A stretch of 64,000 nt of DNA from Emiliania huxleyi CCMP1516 (lineage: Eukaryota): NCBI RefSeq assembly GCF_000372725.1, contig NW_005202427.1:863581-927580 (forward strand), given 5' to 3'. Positions 24,364 through 35,866 of this stretch are shown here, one piece after another. The number at the start of each line of letters is the position of its first letter. Position 1 is the stretch's first letter. Both the position numbers and the translations under genes were made by a program. The notes under the pieces were generated by a model. The model ran no database searches. It saw only the letters and a list, made by a program, of their open reading frames with translations, and was not told where the DNA came from.

Positions 24364-24468
24364 GTGTGTGTGTGTGTCACGTCACTGCATCCTCCGCCGG
24401 TTCCTCCCGTCGCCTCTTCTTTGTTCGAATGTTTTTCAATCCATCCTTCACGAAGCCCTCCCATGTAG

Positions 24469-24540
24469 CTAGCGTTCTTGGCGAATGTCTCGAAATGGCC
24501 AGCAGGCGCTGTCGGCTTCGTCGCCATCGTCCTCCTCCTC

Positions 24541-24589
<49 letters not shown>

Positions 24590-26904
24590 GGTAGGTAGAG
24601 CTCGCCGTCAGGTAGGTAGAGCTCGAAGCCTTCCTTACCGCGCACGGCCTCCTTGATGGCCGCCTTGCCCTCTTCGCCGAGGTTGTAGTTGTAGCGGACG
24701 TTGAGCTGTGCAAGCAAGCCGCCCTCAGAGGCACGAAGAAGGAGGGGGGTGTGGCGGCACGCACCTTCGTTAGGGAGGCCCGGACACCAAGATCAGAGGC
24801 GATCAGAATGGAATCGTTCGGCTCCAAGCCCTGGCCGCGGAAGTCGGCGCTGGTCTGCTCCAGTCCGATGCCACAGAGCGAGATCTTCTTCTCCTTGGCA
24901 ACCGTAGCGAGCATGGTGGCCGACTCCTTGTCGAGATTGTTGCAGAGCAAATTGGCCGCCGTTAGCGAGGCCATGACGCTGATCTCAGGCGCGATCAGCA
25001 TCGCATCCGCTGGGCGGAGGCTCTGGCGAGAGAAGTTGAGGCGGGTCTCGTCGCCCTTGAAACCGCACAGAGTGGTCAGCGTGGGGTGCTCCTGCTTGGC
25101 CTTGAGGAGCATGGAGGCAGCGTCCACGTCGAAGTCGTTCCGCAGCAAATTTGCTGCCGTCAAGGAGGCGCTCGCAGCAATCGCTGGCGCGAGTGCTTTG
25201 GCACCCTCATCCCCAATTTGATTTGAGTGGATGACGAGGGTGGTCAAGGACGTGCTGGCCGCGATGGCTGGTGCGAGCGCTTTTGCGCCCTCGTCAGCGA
25301 GATAGTTGTCCGCGAGGTTGAGGCTCGTCAGCGTCGAGGCACTGTCGCGCAAGGCGTCTGCGATAGCCTTGATGCCAGTCGCATCGTACGTGCCTTCGCC
25401 AAACTTCGTTGCGCCGCACAGCGCATTGTCGCTCAGATAGAGCGACTTCAGCGAGGCCATGACGGGCATCAGACCCGCAACGACGAAGCCGCCCACGACG
25501 CCGATGCCCTTGTTCACCAGTTCGAGCGTGGTGAGCGACGCGGCGCGCATCTCCTTGACGGGGATCTCGTTGAACTTCTCGATCTTGGGGTTGGAAAGGA
25601 CAGTGGCCGAGAGCTGCGAAGCGCCGTCGCCCGAGATGTCGTTGTTGCGCACGTCCAGTTCCGTCAGGAACGTGTTTGCCACGAGGACCTTCGCGAGGGC
25701 CGCAGCTCCATCGAAGCCGAGCTGGTTGGTGCGTAGGGAAAGAGACACGACCTTGTACGCCTCCACGGCGTCGCCGAGCGCCTCGACGTGCACGGCGCGA
25801 ATCATCTTGTCTTGCAGATCGACCGTCGTGCCGGCCTTGCAGGCGTAGAGGACGACCGCCTTCCCATACGCCTCGATCATCGTGTCCTCCAACCCCACGA
25901 TGCTCTTCTTGTCGTTGGGGTTGGACAGGTCGCCGCCGCTCGGCATGTACTTCTCGCCCAGCACCTTCACCGCCGGGTACTGGTGCAAGCCGCCGCCCGC
26001 CTTGATCGCGTACAACGGCACCTCGCGGCCCAGCATCTCGGCCCACAGCGAGAAGACAAAGTACTCGCAACGACACCCTGCACATATGCGATTTTCATGC
26101 CTAATTTGTACTCGGTACTCTTCACGATTACTACGAGAGAAGGGCAGCTAGCCGCACAGCCACGGCGGCCGTACTGCGGGATGTCTTCCGGGTACTTCGC
26201 CGCGTCGTGCTTCAGCTCCATTTCCTCGGTCGGGACGAGCATGTAATTGCAAAGCGTGGCGTACTTGATCAAGCTCATGACGCCCTTGAGCTTCTCCGTC
26301 TCGTCGTCCTGGAAGAGTTGTGGCGATCACTCATTTGATGGAAGAAGCGACAATGCGCATCATGACGAGGCGAGCTAACAAGAGATGGGCCGACCTGGTA
26401 GATCGACTGCCAGTCGCACCACAGCACGACGTCCTCCGCCCGCAGCCCCTTGTCGGCGATGAGCGCCTCCACGCCCGCGACGATGGTCCGCCACTTGAGG
26501 TTCTTCTTCTCGCCGCCCTGGTAGTCGGGCGCCCCCTTGTCATACGGGTTGTTCGGGTCGTTCGTATCATCCACAAAGGCGCGGTCCCACCAGGTGTGGC
26601 TGATGAAGATGGCGACCTTGCCCTGCGCAGTGACAATCGTGCCATCGAGCGCGCCGTCCACGACCTTGCCAGTGCCGCCCTCGACCCAGGCGAAGCGGAT
26701 GAGCAGGCCCGAGGCCAGCGCATCGTCGCGCCACGACTTGACGGACTTGAAGATGCGCTTCTGCTTTTTGAAGGCGAGGAAAGGCATCACGAGCATCGCC
26801 GTGCTCATCTCGAACGCGGGGGTCGCGGCTGCCTGCCCTCGCTGCACGCAGGGAGCGGCCGGAGCCTCCGGCGCGGCAGCCGGAGCTGCCACCGTAGGTG
26901 CCAT
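24469..26904 (-). CDS. HET-like N-terminal domain + ribonuclease-inhibitor-type LRRs + acidic tail
   Basis: ATG 26904. Motifs IFISHTW, PDY, LWCDWQSIYQ/DD, SLIKY and YGRRGWCRCE appear after splicing 26309-26394 and ~26078-26157. LRRs of the type LTSLNLADNYLADEGAKALA; poly-Asp tail; stop at 24469. Confidence 0.8.
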
Positions 26905-27007
26905 GTACACGATCACACAGCTACGGCCATTCTCCACTTGTGTGCAACGACGTTGAACACTGTTCAACGCCGTTGAACACGATCGAGTAACCGTCTAACA
27001 TCCAAGG

Positions 27008-27112
27008 AAAGAAAGAGAGAAAGAAACCACGGGCCCAAGGGAGGGATGGGAGGACGGCACGCCGCCACCACACAGGGATTTTAAGGAGAAGTGTGTGGTG
27101 CGCTAGCCGTCC
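27008..27112 (-). mobile_element. Short 5'-truncated retroposon copy (stem-loop + (TTTC)n tail family)
   Basis: Matches ~39988-40089 and 40252-40362. Flanked by CCAAGG at 27002-27007 and 27113-27118. Confidence 0.7.
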
Positions 27113-27221
27113 CCAAGGCTAAAGAATTCTCGGCTAAAGAATTTCGCATTCGGGAAAACTTTTTTCTTCAGAGCTGCCTGCGCGCCGCCCGCGGCGAGGA
27201 AGCGACCGAGGGTGAGCAGCT

Positions 27222-30185
27222 ATGAACAAGCTCTTCCAGCAGATGAACAAGATCGAGGCCGAGATAACGGCCGGCATCAAGGACGGCATCAAGGACGCGG
27301 CGGCCGTCGATTCCGACGCGGCGGCCGCGGCGGACAGCCGTCGATCCTCCACTGCAGCCGCCACCTCCTCTGCGGCTCCTGCGGATGCCACGGCGGCCCC
27401 AGGCGAGTCACAGGAGGCGACGACGATCGAGCGGCTGCGTGCGCAGGTCCGCCGACTCGAGACGCGGCTGCAGGAGAAGACCGAGTTGGTCGCCGAGAAG
27501 GACGCGCAGATTGCGGCCGTCCTCGCCGAGGGGGAGGGGCTGAGCCGGCGGCAGGCCGAGCAGGAGTCGACCATCCGCAAGCTGCGCGGCACCCTCCGCG
27601 AGGCGCAGGAGGCGGCGGAGGAGCACGCCGCCGCACTGACCGAGGCGCGCTCCGAAACCTCGGAGCTGCGGAGGCAGCTGCTCGAAGGCGCCGCCGCGGG
27701 TGCCGCCGCCGCCGCGGCGGCAGGCGCGGAGGGGGCAGCGGTGCCGGCGAGCGGGTTCGCTGCGGCGGAGGCGGCGGAGGCGCGCGAGGCGGCGCTCACC
27801 GCCAGCCTCGCCGAGCTGCAGCTGGAGAATGCCAAGCTGAGCCAGGCGGGAGGTGGCGGGACCTTCTAGCAACCTTCTAGGAACCGTCTAGGAACCTTCT
27901 AGGAACCTTCTAGGCGGCGAGGTGGAGGGACGAGGGCCTCACCTCACAGCTGGGCGACGTTGGACAAGCAGGAACCTCCTAGGAGCCTTCTTGGACCCGT
28001 CTAGGCCTCACCTCACAGCTGGGCGAGCTCGAGGCGCGGTCCGGCTCTGCCGAGGCGCAAGCCCGCGAGCTCGCCGCCGCGGTCGCAAAGGAGACGCAGC
28101 CGCTGCTGCGGCAGGTTAGGGCTTCCACCCGATCTCCCCCGATCTCCCCCGATCTCCCCCAAAATCTCCCCCGATCTCCCCCACGACCTCACCCATCTCC
28201 TCACCCACTCCTTCCGCCTCTCCCTGGCCATCCCCGATCTCGCCTTGCCACCCCCCCACCCCCCACCCCCCCCCGAATCTCCCCCGATCTCGCGCTGCGC
28301 CAGGTGAGCGGTCTGCAGGCGCAGCTCGCCCAGCTGCAGGCCGCGTGGAAGGCGAGCGACATCGCCCCACATCTCCCCATATCTCCCCACATCTCCCCAT
28401 ATCTCCCCACATCTCCCCATATCTCCGCGTGGAAGGCGAGCGACGCGGCGCTGCGATCCCAGCTCGCGGCCCCTAGAAGCGGAAGACGGATTCTTGTGCT
28501 CCACCCAGCGATCGAGAGGACACGGACTCAACTGTGCTCGATCGTACTCGGCTGGGTTTTCACTGTAGTCGCACCCCTCGGTATTCACGCGGTGCTCTGA
28601 AGACACTGCACGATCCCGTACTCCCGCCCTGAGGTTGGCGTATTCAGCACGCAGGCTCTCGGCGGCCGAGGGGGCGGCCGCCGCGACAGGGGACGAGGCC
28701 GCCCGCCACCTCGCCGCCGCCGCGAGCACAGGCGAGCAGCTGCGTGAGGCGACCGACCTAGATGCAGTACCTACCGCACCGCCCACGGGACTGAACCCAC
28801 ACTGGATTCGGTACTCTGGAGGTATGGTACTAGCGGCCGACGTAGATGCGGGCTGACCGACTGCTCACAGACCCGTGGCGTCCAGCTCGCACCCCAGTCC
28901 AACTCGCACCCCAGTCCAACTCGCACCCCAGTCCAACTCGCACCCCAGTCCAACTCGCACCCCAGTCCAACTCGCACCCCAGTCCAACTCGCACCCCAGT
29001 CCAGCTCGCACCCCAGTCCAGCTCGCACCCCAGTCCAACTCGCACCCCAGTCCAACTCGCACCCCAGTCCAACTCGCACCCCAGTCCAACTCGCACCCCA
29101 GTCCAACTCGCACCCCAGTCCAACTCGCACCCCAGTCCAACTCGCACCCCAGTCCAACTCGCACCCCAGTCCAACTCGCACCCCAGTCCAACTCGCACCC
29201 CAGTCCAGCTCGCACCCCAGTCCAACTCGCACCCCAGTCCAACTCGCACCCCAGTCCAACTCGCACCCCAGTCCAACTCGCACCCCAGTCCAACTCGCAC
29301 CCCAGTCCAACTCGCACCCCAGTCCAGACGTGCTCCTCCCTCTCGTGCTCTCGCGCTCTAGGCGAGCGACGCGACGCGGCGCGCCGAGCAGGCGCTCGCC
29401 GAGGCGCGAGACAAGGCCGAGGCGCACACGGCCGCGGCCGAGCGGCGTGCGGCGGAGGCGGAGGCGGCGGCGGCGAGGACGGGGGCCGCGCTAGAGCGAG
29501 CAGAGGCGGCGAGGAGTCAGGCGGAACGCGGTGCAGCAGAGGCGCGCCAGCGCGCCTCCGCCCTCGCCGACGACCTCGAGAAGGAGAGAGGCGAGAGGCG
29601 GGACGCGAGGAGACTGCACGAGCGACAGCTCGCCGCCGCCGCCGCGAAGCGGTCGCCCCCCGCCCGCCGCGGCCCCGCGGCGTCTTGGCAGCGTGAAGGG
29701 CGGCTCCTCACCCCTCGGGCTGCGGACAGGTCCCAACCCGCTGGCGGGGCGAGCGGCGGGGCCGCGTGGAGGGAGTCGGCGCTGCTGCAGCCAACCCGCC
29801 TTTCCAGCGGCGGCGGCGGCGGCGGCGGCACAGCGGCGGCAGCGCCTCTCGACCCGCGGCAGCAGGGCGAGCTGACGGGCCTCCGCTCCTTGGTTGCGGC
29901 GATGCAGGCCAAGGAGCAGACGCTCATTGACTCGCTCGTCCAGCTGCACGTGCGGCGGCGAGCAGCTGCCGGCGAGAAGGCACGGAGGCGCTGTTGACGC
30001 CGCCCGCCCGGGAACAGGTGCGGATGGAGCAGCTGGAGGCTGAGGCGGCGGAGGCGCACGGGGCGGCGGCGCGGCTCAAAGCGTTGCGCGACGAGCACGC
30101 GGTCGCACTCGAGCTGTTGGGCGAGAAGGAGGAAAAGCTCGAGGAGCAGGCGCGGCTATTGCAGGAGCGTGGTGTGGCCCATTAA
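27222..30185 (+). CDS. TMF1: TATA element modulatory factor 1 / golgin-like coiled-coil protein, multi-exon
   Basis: KDAQIAAVLAEGEGLSRRQAEQESTIRKLR and C-terminal EHAVALELLGEKEEKLEE resemble the two TMF signature regions; ETQPLLRQ motif also present. Confidence 0.8.
28462..28654 (+). mobile_element. Introner-like repeated intron, copy C (TMF1-like gene)
   Basis: GC donor GCTCGCGGCCC-CTAGAAGCGGAAGACGGATTCTTGTGCTCCACC...GGTGCTCTGAAGACAC...GAGGTTGGCGTATTCAGCACGCAG. Splicing restores LRSQ/LSAAEG. Confidence 0.85.
28881..29326. repeat. 17-bp minisatellite (CCAACTCGCACCCCAGT)n, ~26 copies, intronic
   Basis: Head-to-tail units with occasional A/G variants and no spacers. Confidence 0.97.
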
Positions 30186-30505
30186 GGTCAGTATCTCTCA
30201 GAGATCCTTCGTTTCTCATTGACATTGTGGCTGTTGCTGCGGGACTGTGCGTCGTGGGCAATAAATATAGTGTCTGTCAACATCACTAGGGAGGGTTGTG
30301 TCGTTGATGGCGCCAGCGCCTGCTGTTGACAAGTGGGGAGCAGACGGCTGTTCAGTCTTCAGAGACGAAAGGCTCTCGAAGCTGCCCCCAGGGGCCCAGC
30401 AGGCGTCTTGACGCGGGTATCGAATTTTTCTTCCCTCTACAAAGAGGCCCCAACGGACCCGAGAAGTGCTAATAGCTAGGCGCTCCGAGACGACCAAAGT
30501 GTTAA

Positions 30506-30672
30506 CCCTGGTAGGTGGATTGTCCAAAATACGTCAGCCTCGCACGCCTAGCGCTAGGTCTGACACCCGACCGCCCCCCCCTCCCTAATATTAGCCGGTA
30601 GGAGCACATTTTGGCCGGCTAATGTTAGGGAGGGGAGGCCGAAAAACGCATACTTTTGTCCACGTACCAGGG
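30506..30672. mobile_element. piggyBac-type MITE (167 bp)
   Basis: TTAA at 30502-30505 and 30673-30676. TIRs CCCTGGTAGGTGGA / CCCTGGTACGTGGA (13/14 match). Internal 21-bp inverted repeat at 30578-30598 / 30615-30635. Confidence 0.88.
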
Positions 30673-31083
30673 TTAATCAGCTGGACCGAATTTTACCAAG
30701 TTGGACGCCGTTGGACGTATCCAGTGTTTAGTGTCTACGTGCAGCGACGGGCGCTGCGCGATAGCTGCTTTGTGGGTCCCGTGAGCCAAGTCGGCGTCGG
30801 GCTGCGCAGCCGGTCGCTAAATGTTCGCTCGCCGTGGTCACAAGCCATCGAGGAAGCCACCCTACCAGGGCCACAATCGCGTTGCGGATCAGGTTTGTGA
30901 CCCTGGCGGTGGCGAGCCTTTGGCGCACAGCGTAAGCATGCCAGCACGACTCGCATCAGGGCTGCACCCGTCGCCGAGCACCTCGTGCACTCCACATGGA
31001 ACGGGTGATGCCACGACGCTCACGGCTTCACGCGCCCGGCGCTCCCATGCAAACCCTGGCAGAGAGCGTTCAGCGCAGAGGCC

Positions 31084-32796
31084 CTAGCCGCTGCGCTTGA
31101 CGCCGAGCACGCGCTCAATCTCGTCGACGAGGAGCCGCGTCGTCCGTGCCCCTGCCGCGTCGATAAGGAGCATGGCCGCCGCCTCGCGGACTGTCGCCGC
31201 AACGCCGAGGCCTTTCAGGCCGAGCTCCTCGCCAATGGAGTTCACCCGCTTGACGGTAGCGGCAGTGAAAGCCAGTTGGTCGTCGTCCTCGTCGGGCGGT
31301 GCCGACGGCCCCGTCGCGGGCTCCGGCGAGAGCGTGTCCGTCACGCCGCACGGGCTTGGGCGCTCTGCAGGGGGCGACGGGTTGTACATCACGTCTTTGT
31401 GAAGGCACTCGTGCATGAGGCCGGCACCGGCACCGGCGAGGCAGTGCACGTTTGGAGCTGCTTGCCACTCGCCGTCGGCTGACCCCGCTTGCCACTCCGC
31501 CGCCACCCGCTCAGGGAACGGCGAGTTGTCGAAGACGAGAAGCCACGAATTGGAGGTCCCGAGGTTGGCGCGCGGCCCGGCATGCCAGTACCCCACATCG
31601 GAAAACCACAGCATCTTGTCTGCGTCGTCTGTCATCGCGTAGGCGACCCGGCCATTGATGAGCTCGGGCTCGCGATCATATGCCCCGAGGTATCCGGCGC
31701 CCGCGGCTCCGAGTCCCTCCACGCGGCCAATGAGCGAGACCCGCGGCGCCGCCGCGGCGCGCTCCTCGGCGTTCTCCTCGGCGTTCTCCTTGTCCGGACC
31801 GGCATTGGTCCGGCTTGCTGCTGTCTCCTCTGGCACTGTCGCCAGCGGCTCGCACAGCGCCTTGGGCGGCTCTCCCGTGCCACCCCGCAGCTCAAAGAGC
31901 TGGCGCGCCACACGCCTTCTCTGCCGCTCGCGGTTCTTCTTGAATTCTGGGAGGATGAAGTCCGCCTCCGGCTCCCGCGTCGGGCTCTCCGGCAGAGCAG
32001 CCAGGGCCACCGTCGCCGCCAATGCCCCGCCAGGAGAGCTGGACGACACCGGCGAGGGGGGAGAGGCGGACGACACCGGCGAGGAGGAAGAGGCGGACGA
32101 CACCGGCGAGGAGGAAGAGGCGGACGACACCGGCGAGGAGGAAGAGGCGGACGACACCGGCGAGGAGGAAGAGGCGGACGACACCGGCGAGGAGGGCGAC
32201 ATTCGCGCCTGTGACGCCCGCGCCTCAGCGAGCGCCTCTTCGAGCTCGTCAAGGAGACGCTCCTCCTCCGCCAAACTCTCGGGAGAGGGAGAGGGCGAGG
32301 TGGAGAGGCCCTGTCGGGGCAGCTCGCACGCCGCGGGCAGCGCGCGTTGCGCGGCGAGGCACTTGGTGATGGCCACGGCATCCCCGATTGCCACCCTGAG
32401 CGCGAGCGCCTTTGCACGCGATGGCTTGCAGAACGCGCGAGGGGACGCGCCGCATTCGAGCTGCGGCAGCGCCTTCTCCCACTTCTCGACAGCACTGCGC
32501 AGGGCGATCCGCGCCCTTGCCAACAGCGCCACTCGCTCCTCCGCCTCGCGCGTGCTGGCGAGGTCGAGGAGGGACTCGAGCCGCGCCGCTTCGTCCGGCA
32601 AATCGAGCTTGGCGACGGGCGCAGTGAGGTCGAGGAGCGCCGCGGCTCGGCCGGCGGCGCGGAGCCGCTGCCACTCGCAAACCTGCATGCGAGGGCTCCG
32701 CCGCGCGATTGCGGCAAGAGCGCAGTGCATGGAGTACTCGCCGCGCCGGACGCGGGCCGAGGCCAAACCTTTGGCCCGCTCGTTGCTCGTCAACAT
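31084..32796 (-). CDS. Hypothetical protein with a 24-bp coding tandem repeat (SSPVSSAS)n and a small aromatic-rich domain
   Basis: Long ORF with globular-looking GYLGAYDREPELINGRVAY...MLWFSDVGYWHAG region; repeat at ~32040-32195. Start and a possible 5' intron are uncertain. Confidence 0.6.
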   Translation of the reverse strand: MLTSNERAKGLASARVRRGEYSMHCALAAIARRSPRMQVCEWQRLRAAGRAAALLDLTAPVAKLDLPDEAARLESLLDLASTREAEERVALLARARIALRSAVEKWEKALPQLECGASPRAFCKPSRAKALALRVAIGDAVAITKCLAAQRALPAACELPRQGLSTSPSPSPESLAEEERLLDELEEALAEARASQARMSPSSPVSSASSSSPVSSASSSSPVSSASSSSPVSSASSSSPVSSASPPSPVSSSSPGGALAATVALAALPESPTREPEADFILPEFKKNRERQRRRVARQLFELRGGTGEPPKALCEPLATVPEETAASRTNAGPDKENAEENAEERAAAAPRVSLIGRVEGLGAAGAGYLGAYDREPELINGRVAYAMTDDADKMLWFSDVGYWHAGPRANLGTSNSWLLVFDNSPFPERVAAEWQAGSADGEWQAAPNVHCLAGAGAGLMHECLHKDVMYNPSPPAERPSPCGVTDTLSPEPATGPSAPPDEDDDQLAFTAATVKRVNSIGEELGLKGLGVAATVREAAAMLLIDAAGARTTRLLVDEIERVLGVKRSG

Positions 32797-32986
32797 CTCG
32801 TTGCCCCCGCCGAGGTTCGCGGTTGTGGCGCCGTCAGGCAGGAGCAAGAAATCTCCGTCTAGCTCTTCAGGGAAAGGATAGGTTTGTTGTTTGTCGCGTT
32901 GTGCAAAGAGCAGATGTCATCTTTTTGTTCCTTTTGTTCTGGTCAGAAGTACCCCACACGCAAAGAAGTTAGAACCCCCGCGCAGG

Positions 32987-35372
32987 ATGATTTTGCATGC
33001 GATGGGTACTCTTGCGACCGCGTGGGCCGGCCTGTCGCCGCCTCGTTGCTGCCCCTGCCACCATCGGCATCGGCACCGCCCGGCGCTGGCCAACTTTCTA
33101 GATGACTACAAGGCCGAGCGGTGGGCTCGCGAGGCAGATTACCGCCAGGCATCCGACCCCGAGGCGGAGCAATTCATTTCCGACATCAACGTCGCGCACA
33201 TTGAGGAGCTGCGGCAGGTCGCGCACGTCAAGGGCGCCGAGGACGGCATCGACTGGTCGGTCGAGGAGCTCTCCTCCGTCGAGGTGACCGCAATCGACGA
33301 CGAGGGCATGCTGCTGCAAGAGGCGTCGCTCCCGCTGCAACAACCCACCGCCGGACGCGCCCACCGCTCCCCTCGCCGCCCCGCTGACGCCTTGCCGCTG
33401 TCCCCACTCCGCGCGCGCTGCCACCCGCCACTGCCCACCGCTCCACATTTGGCGACGATGTCTGCAACTGCGTTTGCGTGTGTGCTTGCCAGCTCCTGCA
33501 GCCGTCCCGCCCCTCGCGGGTGGTGCCTTGCAGGTGCTCTGCTCGTCGAGCGACCAGCGCTGCATCGCGGTGGACGTGCGGGTGCCGTGGTACAGCCGCC
33601 TCCCCTCGCCCTCGAGCCTGCAGGAGATGCAATCCGCCTTCGCCGCCGTCGCGAGGCGCGAGACACTACCCCGGCCGCCGGCTGGACACCTCCACGACAC
33701 GTCCACGACACCTCCACGACACCTCTACGACACCTCCGCGACACGTCACGTCGACGACACGTCGACGACACGTCCACGACACGTCCACGACACCTCCGCG
33801 GCGCGTCGACGATCACGACACGTCCACGACATGTCCGCAACACGTCCACGACACGTCCACGACACGCCCGCGGCGCTACCCTGTACTGCCCTGGTAGGCG
33901 GGCGTACGCGGGCGGCGGGCGAGACAATGCGCTGCCGCCAGAGTACGAGGCGCAGCAGGCGGAGCTGCAAGGGCTGATGGCGCTGATGAATGCCGACTTC
34001 GGTGGGCGGCTGAGAGAGAGAGGGGGGGGGAGGGAGAGAGGGGGGGGGGGGGGGAGGGAAAAAAAGGGAGGGAAAAAAAAAGGGAAAAAAAAAGGGAGGG
34101 AAAAAGGGGGGGGGGGGGAAGGAAAAGGGGGGGGGGGGGGGGTTCCCCACCCCCCGGAAAAAAACTTGGGGGGGGCCCCCAAACNNNNNNNNNNNNNNNN
34201 NNNNNNNNNNNNNNNNNNNNNNNNNNNNNNNNNNNNNNNNNNNNNNNNNNNNNNNNNNNNNNNNNNNNNNNNNNNNNNNNNNNNNNNNNNNNNNNNNNNN
34301 NNNNNNNNNNNNNNNNNNNNNNNNNNNNNNNNNNNNNNNNNNNNNNNNNNNNNNNNNNNNNNNNNNNNNNNNNNNNNNNNNNNNNNNNNNNNNNNNNNNN
34401 NNNNNNNNNNNNNNNNNNNNNNNNNNNNNNNNNNNNNNNNNNNNNNNNNNNNNNNNNNNNNNNNNNNNNNNNNNNNNNNNNNNNNNNNNNNNNNNNNNNN
34501 NNNNNNNNNNNNNNNNNNNNNNNNNNNNNNNNNNNNNNNNNNNNNNNNNNNNNNNNNNNNNNNNNNNNNNNNNNNNNNNNNNNNNNNNNNNNNNNNCCCC
34601 AACCCTCTCGCCCCTCGCCGCTCAACCCTTCGACCCCTTCGCCCTCTCGCCCTTGATCACCCCCCAAACCCCTCGCCCCTCGCCCCTCACCCCCTCGCGC
34701 CCTCGCCCTCTCGGGCCTGATCACCCCCCAACCCCCCTCGCCCCTCGCCCCTCATCACCCCCCAACCCCCTCGCCCCTCGCCCCTCACCCCCTCGACCCC
34801 TCGCCCTCTCGCCCCTGATCACCCCCCAACCCCCCTCGCCCCTCGCCCCTCACCCCCTCGCCCCCTCGCCCTCTCGCCCCTGATCACCCCCCAACCCCCT
34901 CGCCCCTCGCCCCTCACCCCCTCGCCCCCTCGCCCTCTCGCCCCTCGCCCCTCACCCCCTCGCCCCCTCGCCCTCTCGCCCCTCGCCCCTCACCCCCTCG
35001 CCCCTGTGCAGGTCGAGCAGGCCACCATGACGCAGCTCAACTTCGAGGCGCGACTACACAACACAACACAACACAACACCACACCACTCACCACACACCA
35101 CACACCACACCACACCATTTACCACACCACTCACCACACCACACCACACCACACCCGAGCACACGCCACACGCACGCACGCAAGCACGCACGCACGCACA
35201 CACACACACACACACACACACCTCACCACGCACACACACGGCGCGACGAGGCGTCTCCACATTGTCCACCCCTGCTTTGGACCTCTTCCCCTTACCCCCC
35301 CTTCTCTCTTCCTTCAGGGCCTTTCCCTCGAGCTCACCACGATCGACGCCAGCGGCTACTCCCTGGACCTGG
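32987..35372 (+). CDS. Probable plastid-targeted DUF2470-like protein (multi-exon, interrupted by a gap, 3' end not visible)
   Basis: Signal/transit-like N-terminus. Two modules: FISDINVAH..VEVTAIDDEGMLL and LMALMNADF..VEQATMTQLNFE/GLSLEL. Confidence 0.5.
34185..34596. other. Assembly gap
   Basis: Run of N. Confidence 1.
34597..35005. repeat. Intronic pyrimidine-rich compound repeat (CCCCTCG units with higher-order repeats)
   Basis: Seen directly; ends just before acceptor TGCAG at ~35011. Confidence 0.9.
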
Positions 35373-35866
35373 GCGAGAGCCCCCCCCCCCCTGCGCAGCA
35401 GGACCATGGCCGCCCTCTTCACGCAAAAGCACAACCCCGGACCCAAGACGCACAAGCACAGAGAGTCGAGAAGGGAGAGAGACAGCGACGGCAGTCCGAA
35501 GTCAGCACTGGTCCCCAGGAAGGCGAATGCGAGGACGGCCTCTGTGCACAACAGCACAGCCCCAGGCCCGACATCGCACGACAGCACAGTGGCAGTCCGG
35601 GAAGGCGACACACCGGGTCACAGGGACGGCGATCTCAAGCCTTATCGCGCGCGCCAGACGCCACCCTCCTCACGCGGCTCGAGCTGTGAACAGCGTCTCT
35701 TCACACCCGCAGCTGTGAACAGACGCCGCCCTCCTCACGCGGCGAGCTGTGAACACGAGCTGTGAACAGGCGAGGCGCCTGCGCAGCAGCAGACCTGGTC
35801 TGCCTCGATCCTCTTCCCCCGCCGCTGCTTCGCGGCAGCCGAGGTGGATCCATACCCCCCCCCCCC

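Noticed and set aside
28881..29326. Regular array resembling CRISPR
   Set aside because: Head-to-tail 17-bp units with no unique spacers, no cas genes, and located in a eukaryotic intron.
34012..34184. Poly-G/poly-A purine tract (possible G-quadruplex or Lys/Gly-rich exon)
   Set aside because: Homopolymer-rich sequence adjoining a gap, typical of a low-quality read end.
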